Made by a program: the position numbers and the translations under genes. A stretch of DNA of 64,000 nucleotides from the IMG/VR virus record IMGVR_UViG_3300048778_000136; one strand, written 5' to 3'. This document shows positions 58,215 through 64,000 of the stretch, one piece after another (within the stretch, counting starts at the first letter, position 1; each line of letters starts with the position of its first letter). The notes beneath the pieces were generated by a model, which did no database searches, had not been told where the DNA came from, and was given only the letters and a program-made list of their open reading frames with translations. The stretch is from an uncultured virus (IMG/VR IMGVR_UViG_3300048778_000136). Lineage: Duplodnaviria; Heunggongvirae; Uroviricota; Caudoviricetes.

Positions 58215-58594
58215 TTCGACACCTTCCCTTTCAATCTATCCGCTACCGCAACCGCCGCAGGATCAGGCTTGGCTTCATTCCAAAACGTGTTTCCGTGAAC
58301 TATCTTGCCGTTTTCGGAGTGGAAAACGAGATGATCCATCCCGTCGCAGATTCTTACTTCAAATCCTTTCCCAACAGCAACATCTGCAAATTGCTTAGCT
58401 CTGGAAAATGAGATTTCCTCGGCTGGATATTTGGCTGCTCCTGCCCTAAACCAAAGTCCTCCTTCATGAAATCCTTGATCGTTGAAAATATATACCTTCC
58501 AAGGCCCTTTGCCTACGTCTTCGGCGCGGATCAGGTCATTCAGTTCGATCACTTCCGCGTCAGGAAACTTCGCTCGGAGGGCTGCCATGTTCAT
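58211..58594 (-). CDS. Hypothetical protein with C-terminal VADRLKG tag
   Basis: CCGGGAGG RBS; AVAVADRLKG. Confidence 0.6.
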   Translation of the reverse strand: MNMAALRAKFPDAEVIELNDLIRAEDVGKGPWKVYIFNDQGFHEGGLWFRAGAAKYPAEEISFSRAKQFADVAVGKGFEVRICDGMDHLVFHSENGKIVHGNTFWNEAKPDPAAVAVADRLKGKVSK

Positions 58595-58893
58595 GTCGTC
58601 TCCTCCCGGTCGAGTGCTTCCACCTCTTCTAAGGTAAGGTCATCAATTCCCCTACCGTCCTCATCCTCCCAATCGACCCAGCCGTCATCTTCAGGTTCCA
58701 GCCATTCAGCATCCGGTTGGAATACTTGGAGGCCGCCAGTGTTCGAATAATCAGGCTTGATATTGTTATCAAACTGGAAGAGATCGTAGTCGGCAAGGAT
58801 TGTAAGCGTCCTTTTTCCCTCTGCCAAAGTAGGAACATCTGCATGAAAAGCCTTCATCGGAACTTGCGGAATCCACCATACTCGTAGCTTCAT
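58591..58893 (-). CDS. P22 gp17-like superinfection-exclusion-related protein
   Basis: KLRVW.IPQVPMK.F...V....EG......LA.YD.FQ.DNNIKPDY.N.GGLQ....W.DW. Confidence 0.8.
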   Translation of the reverse strand: MKLRVWWIPQVPMKAFHADVPTLAEGKRTLTILADYDLFQFDNNIKPDYSNTGGLQVFQPDAEWLEPEDDGWVDWEDEDGRGIDDLTLEEVEALDREETT

Positions 58894-59138
58894 GCGACCC
58901 CTGCCTTTCTCGCGCAAACCTTACAGTCGAGCGCAGGAGTAAATGTCGTGTACTTCGTCGTCATACGACCGCGAACCTTGCCGCAGAGCGTCTTGACTTC
59001 AAATGGCAACCGTAGATGCGACATGACGGTTCCTGAGAAATAATCTCCACGTAACGACGACAGTACCTCATACTCCTTGCCGTCCTTAGCTTTCCATGTC
59101 GTTCGTTTCTCCATCGTTCATCCCTCCCGGATAAACAA

Positions 59139-59167
59139 ACAATATTCCTTGCGGCGCAGTTTGTCAA
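59139..59167 (-). promoter_or_regulatory. Promoter of the recombination operon
   Basis: TTGACA-N17-TATTGT; spacer CTGCGCC shared with the 23176 promoter. Confidence 0.6.
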
Positions 59168-59458
59168 GTAATAATCGTAAAATACTTTATCATTGTTTTC
59201 ATACACTTACATAATTATAGACAGCGCGGCAGGAGATATATGAAGATTCTATTTCTGGACGGAAAGCGCACACTATCGTAAAGTTGTTGAAAACAAGCCT
59301 TGACGCTATCCAACTTTTAGTGCATCCTTGCTGAGTCGGGGGTAGCTCTCTCGATATCTCCGCGCCAGCGAGATTACAGGGGGTCGGGTCCTTTCCCCGG
59401 CCCCCCGCCTATCTTTCTAAGATCGCGGCACGATAGGCGTAGCAGGAAAGGATTATTT

Positions 59459-59770
59459 ATGGAATCGACTCCAAACGCCGTGCCCAATGGCGCTGCGGAA
59501 GTTCCTTTTGAAATTACACTCCCAAAGGATACCCCAGAATACATGGCTCCCGCATATTTCGGATGCCTGCGGTGGGCGCTGGGTGTTGAGGGTATTTTAG
59601 AGGAGTTCAAAAAAGATACAGGAAAATCATTTTCTCCTGCCCGCTCTGGACTTGATAAATTGATCGACGACGCCGCAGGCTTTAATCCCGGCGAGGATTT
59701 CCTACGATCCTTCGTGCCGTGGTTTAATCAGTGGGTTTGGGGCGGAATCGAAGGGCAGGGAGAGGAATAA
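59459..59770 (+). CDS. Hypothetical protein
   Basis: TAATG-coupled to the initiator gene. Confidence 0.55.
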   Translation: MESTPNAVPNGAAEVPFEITLPKDTPEYMAPAYFGCLRWALGVEGILEEFKKDTGKSFSPARSGLDKLIDDAAGFNPGEDFLRSFVPWFNQWVWGGIEGQGEE

Positions 59771-60729
59771 TGGCAAGGATTCGAACGATCAAACCTGAGT
59801 TTTTTATTCACAGCGAACTTTACGACGCAGAGGTTGAAAGTGGATTTCCTCTGCGAATTGCGTTTGCTGGTCTCTGGTGTCAGTGTGATCGTGAAGGGAG
59901 ATTTAAATGGCGTCCGCGTGAATTAAAACTTCAGGTATTACCTTATGATAAATGTGACTTTTCACACGTGCTTGACGCGTTGACCACGCGTGGGTTTCTC
60001 GTGAAGTACGCGGTGAAAGGTGAACTTTTCGGAGCTATTCCAAGCTGGGATAAGCACCAAGTTATCAATAATAGAGAGTCTGAGAGTGTTCTTCCAGATG
60101 CTTCATTGAATGAACCACTTAACGCGAAGACCACGCGTGATACACGCGACGACCACGCGGGTAAAGAGGAAGGGAAGGGAAGGGAAGGGAAGGGAACAGG
60201 AAAGGAACTTAATCCTTCTCGCGCAAAAACTCCGCGAGATGAACCAACGAAGAGTGACCTGATAAAAACCCGCCACGCTGAGTTTAAAGAAAAAATCAAA
60301 CAGTATTGGGAATATAAAAATCCAGGTGTGGAGATGCCTTGGGGTCCTGCGGAGGGTAGGCAATTAGCGATGTGGCTTGCAGAAGCGCCTCAGACAAATG
60401 TAGAGCAATTTACAGAATTTCTGCGCAATAGGGCGCGTTCCGAAGTAAACCACGCTGAGCGTCCTTCCCGCTGGATTGGAAATATCACAAGTTACGCAAA
60501 TGGTCCGCTAAATACTTTTAAACAACCGATAAATGGAGCTAAATCAAATGGGGGAAAAACAAATGGTCACGTCGTCGAAGGAAATGGGGAAAATCTCAAA
60601 GCAGCCCTCGCAAGCCTTGATTGGGAGAATCATGGTGAAATTGACGGAGACTTCCTGTTGCCGAGCAGCGCAGACCAGCCCGGATTACCTGAAGTTTATG
60701 TCGGCACGCTTATCGAAGGAAAATCCTGA
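59770..60729 (+). CDS. Phage replication initiator protein
   Basis: MARIRTIKPEFF...GLW...DREGRF...W.KHQ.IN; GKGREGKG linker; upstream of DnaB. Confidence 0.8.
   Translation: MARIRTIKPEFFIHSELYDAEVESGFPLRIAFAGLWCQCDREGRFKWRPRELKLQVLPYDKCDFSHVLDALTTRGFLVKYAVKGELFGAIPSWDKHQVINNRESESVLPDASLNEPLNAKTTRDTRDDHAGKEEGKGREGKGTGKELNPSRAKTPRDEPTKSDLIKTRHAEFKEKIKQYWEYKNPGVEMPWGPAEGRQLAMWLAEAPQTNVEQFTEFLRNRARSEVNHAERPSRWIGNITSYANGPLNTFKQPINGAKSNGGKTNGHVVEGNGENLKAALASLDWENHGEIDGDFLLPSSADQPGLPEVYVGTLIEGKS
60121..60196 (+). repeat. CACGCG repeats plus (GAAGG)n tract, candidate origin iterons
   Basis: CACGCG at about 60132, 60143, 60154 (11-bp period), also 59985; pentamer run about 60168-60196. Confidence 0.55.
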
Positions 60730-60916
60730 GTATGTCATACAAGCGTTAACTATCCTCGGGGAGAGGAAGCGCGGCGAAGGAGAAACCGCATTACTTGATC
60801 TTGCTTCAATTCTTGAGGAAATTAAACTCCTGACCCCGAAGCAGAAAACCGCTTATGAAATTGAGCGAGATGAAATATTTGCAGAGCAGAAGGCAGCAAG
60901 GGAGAGAATTCAGTGA
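60632..60916 (+). CDS. Hypothetical protein between initiator and helicase (start uncertain)
   Basis: GTGA overlap with the DnaB gene. Confidence 0.5.
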   Translation: MVKLTETSCCRAAQTSPDYLKFMSARLSKENPEYVIQALTILGERKRGEGETALLDLASILEEIKLLTPKQKTAYEIERDEIFAEQKAARERIQ

Positions 60917-62325
60917 ATCGTGATGATTATTCAGTTCCGGATACTATTCCTGATCCACCAGAGGACGATTCTCAGTCTCTAGCGTCCTCATCCTCACCTG
61001 AGAAGGAAACGGACGTACCGGCATCGGTTCACATGGAACTAGCCGTGCTTGGAGCGATGATGTTGGAGCGGAAAGCTACGCAGGAGGCGTTTACTCTCCT
61101 TGTGGCGGAGGATTTCAGCTTAGACTCTCATCAGCGCATCTTCAAGGCGATCCAAGCCGTTACCAGCGGCTATGATCTTGGCGAGTCTGAGGATGTTTTA
61201 ATGTTGGTTCGCGAGGAATTATTACGCCGCAGGGAATTGGAAAGTATTGGGGGGATTAGTTACCTTTGCTACCTCACCGAAGGCATACCTCGTAATTTCA
61301 ATATTAATAGCTATGTCCGTATCGTGAAGGACAAGAGCCTACTGCGGCGGTTGATGAGCGTTTTCCATGACGGCGAAATTCGCGCGAGCGACCAAGGCGA
61401 AGATGGAATCAATATAGCGACTGAGATTATAGCGCAGGTTACTCTGGTTGTTGAGAGTAGCCAAACGAAAACTGAGGTGTTTGACTCTCCCACGATGGCG
61501 ATGGATGCAGCCCAACGGCTGTTGGATAATCCAAAACTAGAGCTTGCTATTCCTACCGGATTCAAGCCTTTGGATGACTTTACAGGTGGAGGAATAAGGC
61601 TTGGAGAATTGTGGGTTGTTGGGGCCTCGCCGTCACGAGGTAAAACGACTCTTGCCCGACAGATTGTAAAACATGTTGTGCGGCAAGGAATCCCATCTTA
61701 CGTCCACTCGGGGGAGATGACAAAGGAATCTTGGTACGATGTTACAGCCTGCCTGCTGGTCAGTATGCCATCGTGGAAGATTCGTGAACCGTGGCTATTG
61801 AATGACTATGAAAAAGATATGTTGAGGGCAGGAATTAAAGAACTCTCTAGTCTTCCATTTCATATCTCGGATGCTGGAGGAATACATATCGACAAACTGA
61901 TATGGAACGCCTCTTGCGCTATTCGCCAACATCAAATCAAGTTGCTTGTGGTTGATTATGCTCAAATCATCAGCGCCAACGGCAAGGACGATAGGCAGAA
62001 GGTCACGTCGGTAGCTCAGAAGTTGAGAGTCTTCGCGAAGGATAACAATGTGGCTGTGATCCTCCTTTCGCAGAGTCCTAGACCGGAAGGAAGAAATATC
62101 AATTCTCGGCCTAACATGTTTTCCTTGAAAGAATCAGGAGCTTTGGAAGAGGCAGCACACACAATTATTCTCCCATTCCGCCGCGTTGATACAGAAACAA
62201 ATGCGTTTACGGGAGAGGATGAATTGGTAATTGGCAAACAGCGGCACGGTCCGATTGGTAGTATACCCTGTCGTCTCGATGGGAAGTATCTAAAGTTTGA
62301 GCCAAGGGACGACACACAATACTAA
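60913..62325 (+). CDS. dnaB: DnaB-like replicative helicase
   Basis: E.AVLGAM, IPTGF..LD, GASPSRGKT, VVDYAQI, LSQ, LKESGALE, KQRHGP.G. Confidence 0.93.
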   Translation: MNRDDYSVPDTIPDPPEDDSQSLASSSSPEKETDVPASVHMELAVLGAMMLERKATQEAFTLLVAEDFSLDSHQRIFKAIQAVTSGYDLGESEDVLMLVREELLRRRELESIGGISYLCYLTEGIPRNFNINSYVRIVKDKSLLRRLMSVFHDGEIRASDQGEDGINIATEIIAQVTLVVESSQTKTEVFDSPTMAMDAAQRLLDNPKLELAIPTGFKPLDDFTGGGIRLGELWVVGASPSRGKTTLARQIVKHVVRQGIPSYVHSGEMTKESWYDVTACLLVSMPSWKIREPWLLNDYEKDMLRAGIKELSSLPFHISDAGGIHIDKLIWNASCAIRQHQIKLLVVDYAQIISANGKDDRQKVTSVAQKLRVFAKDNNVAVILLSQSPRPEGRNINSRPNMFSLKESGALEEAAHTIILPFRRVDTETNAFTGEDELVIGKQRHGPIGSIPCRLDGKYLKFEPRDDTQY

Positions 62326-62343
62326 ATAACAGGGAGGAAAGTC

Positions 62344-62703
62344 ATGGGAGTGAAGCAGGTTTATCCAGAGGCATATGAAGACGAGCGCGGCATGATTTGG
62401 GTTTCAGAGGAAGCCTCTCGCCAGATGACGGAATCCTACGAAGATGCTTGGATTGAGGATGTTCTTGGTTGGTCATGGGAGGATGCCGAAGAGAATCTAG
62501 CCCTATGCCAGCGTGAAGCCAAGCGTAAAAAGTTCTGGAAATCACATCCTCATCTGCGGGTATTTTACTGGTTTATCCGCCGCTGGTATGGTGCTATGTC
62601 ACTGTTTTCGCGTACAGTGTGGCGTGATTGGTATGGGCGTATCACTTGGTCGATGGCATGGAAGATGTCGAGTGATCTATGGCTAACGGAGAGGCCCAAA
62701 TGA
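62344..62703 (+). CDS. Trp-rich hypothetical protein
   Basis: GGGAGG RBS. Confidence 0.55.
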   Translation: MGVKQVYPEAYEDERGMIWVSEEASRQMTESYEDAWIEDVLGWSWEDAEENLALCQREAKRKKFWKSHPHLRVFYWFIRRWYGAMSLFSRTVWRDWYGRITWSMAWKMSSDLWLTERPK

Positions 62704-63035
62704 ATTCTCCTATCCGCCGTAGCCCAATCCGTAAAGTTCGTAGCAAGCCCCGACCCGGAAGGCTCAAAGGGGACGATATGGACGAACTCCGTCAGGCCGT
62801 ATACACCCGAGACTTGGGACTCTGCCAGCGTTGCGGAATTACTACCATCTTCGGAGCGCCGGAGGAATGGGATAACAGCTTTCACCTCGCGCATCGTAAG
62901 GGTAAGCGTATGTGGGGTGACAGTTTAGAAACAACAGAAATTAACTGCGGGAAATGCCATCGACGCTTTCACAATTTTGGCCCGTCGATGGAAAAACCAT
63001 GTCCTCCGAAACCGAAAAGTATTGACACAGATTAG
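62700..63035 (+). CDS. HNH-like nuclease
   Basis: V..RD.G.CQRCG...AH.K.K..G......CG.CH...H. Confidence 0.7.
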   Translation: MNSPIRRSPIRKVRSKPRPGRLKGDDMDELRQAVYTRDLGLCQRCGITTIFGAPEEWDNSFHLAHRKGKRMWGDSLETTEINCGKCHRRFHNFGPSMEKPCPPKPKSIDTD

Positions 63036-63065
63036 ATCGTAGGCGCAGGATATGAACATGTAGGG

Positions 63066-63608
63066 ATGGGAGATAAACCAATGGAGCCTAAACAGAACCC
63101 ACTAAGTGAGAACGAGTGGAGCATTGAGGAGCGCGAGGAATTCTTCGCTGGACAGGATGCCATGACAGGACTCTTCTCTAATATGGTAGCTAACAACGGA
63201 ACTATACCTAAGCCGACAGGAATTCACGTCACGCACATCGTCCCTCCAGATCAGGGATGGCCTATTGCGATGCACTGCCCTATCTGCAAGGAAACTACCT
63301 TTATCTGGTCGCTTTGGGCTATAAAGCCGAAGGATGGAGACTACTGGCGGATGACTGAAACTTGCGCACGCAGCAACCAGCACAACATAGAACTGGCGAT
63401 GAATCCATTCGCTTACCGCCCTCTTCCCGGTGGCTACATGGACGCAACAGTGCCGCACCGTGGCTCTCCGCCTTCGATAAACGCGTTCTCCCTCCATAGC
63501 ATAATGATGTTCGACCCTTACGACGCCGTAATAGAGCAGGAGATGCCTATTGAAGAGGCCAAGAGACGGTTTTCTAACACTCTTATTGGCGGACAGGAGA
63601 AGCCATGA
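63066..63608 (+). CDS. Hypothetical protein
   Basis: 180 aa ORF, preceded by TTGACA at 63022. Confidence 0.5.
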   Translation: MGDKPMEPKQNPLSENEWSIEEREEFFAGQDAMTGLFSNMVANNGTIPKPTGIHVTHIVPPDQGWPIAMHCPICKETTFIWSLWAIKPKDGDYWRMTETCARSNQHNIELAMNPFAYRPLPGGYMDATVPHRGSPPSINAFSLHSIMMFDPYDAVIEQEMPIEEAKRRFSNTLIGGQEKP

Positions 63609-63943
63609 GCGATTGTGCAAAGTGCGATAAACCTGTCAATGTTCCTGACGGCTATGAGTTCAACGAAGGTGATATGTGCTGGCCTTGCATGGCTAAGGAA
63701 GTCGAAGAGGAGTTATTACTAAGAGAACGCTTGAGCGCGATCTTGGACGCCACCGCCAACGCTCTACATGGAGGCCCAATGAAAAATGGTTTGTGGTCCT
63801 TTCACGACCTCCCAGAACTCGCTCTTGAAGCTATGAATCGCATTGCTAAGCTGGAAGATTGTATCCGTGAACTCCTAAAGGGTGCAGATGGATTCAATGC
63901 GGTAGTGAAAAAAGAAGAGGCCGCAAGGAAACTTCTAGGATAA
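63605..63943 (+). CDS. Hypothetical protein ending in AARKLLG
   Basis: ATGA overlap; L...ANAL.G......S.HDLPE. Confidence 0.55.
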   Translation: MSDCAKCDKPVNVPDGYEFNEGDMCWPCMAKEVEEELLLRERLSAILDATANALHGGPMKNGLWSFHDLPELALEAMNRIAKLEDCIRELLKGADGFNAVVKKEEAARKLLG

Positions 63944-64000
63944 TGCTTTGACTCCTTCTCCCCACGAGTAAAAATTAACTTGACATCCTTTTGAACTCAT

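Noticed and set aside
59336..59410. tRNA gene (GGGGGTAGCTC resembles a tRNA 5' end)
   Set aside because: No T-loop GTTCRA, anticodon arm or acceptor stem could be built.
1..64000. Diversity-generating retroelement or retron
   Set aside because: No reverse transcriptase motif and no template/variable repeat pair seen in this window.

Overview
64 kb segment of a tailed dsDNA bacteriophage genome, probably podovirus-like. The host cannot be determined from the sequence. Layout: (1) minus-strand morphogenesis module at 1-12.5 kb: signal-peptide-bearing fibre-like proteins, adaptor, ice-binding-domain decoration protein, cement, major capsid, scaffold, portal and two free-standing homing endonucleases. 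(2) Minus-strand accessory genes, DNA methyltransferase and terminase at 12.9-33 kb. (3) A 1.2 kb non-coding divergence region with repeats, the likely genome end. (4) Plus-strand early region at 34.3-49.3 kb that opens with an AAA+/helical/metallopeptidase-VWA triad and includes ParB-like and serine recombinase genes. (5) Minus-strand recombination module at 49.3-59.1 kb: RusA, Rad50-like ATPase, PD-(D/E)XK nuclease, RecT. (6) Plus-strand replication module: initiator and DnaB. The most notable candidate new system is a short peptide tag, A-x-x-[VI]-A-x-R-L-[LM]-G, found in about 12 mostly unrelated small proteins with freely varying codons. Several tagged proteins carry what look like fragments of terminase, capsid or cement proteins, which could be decoys. 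Other highlights: a DUF3494 ice-binding domain inserted in a virion protein, a basic protein that starts with a copy of the capsid N-terminus, and a CCGGGAG start-associated sequence before 19 genes. All family calls are by-eye motif recognition; no searches were run.
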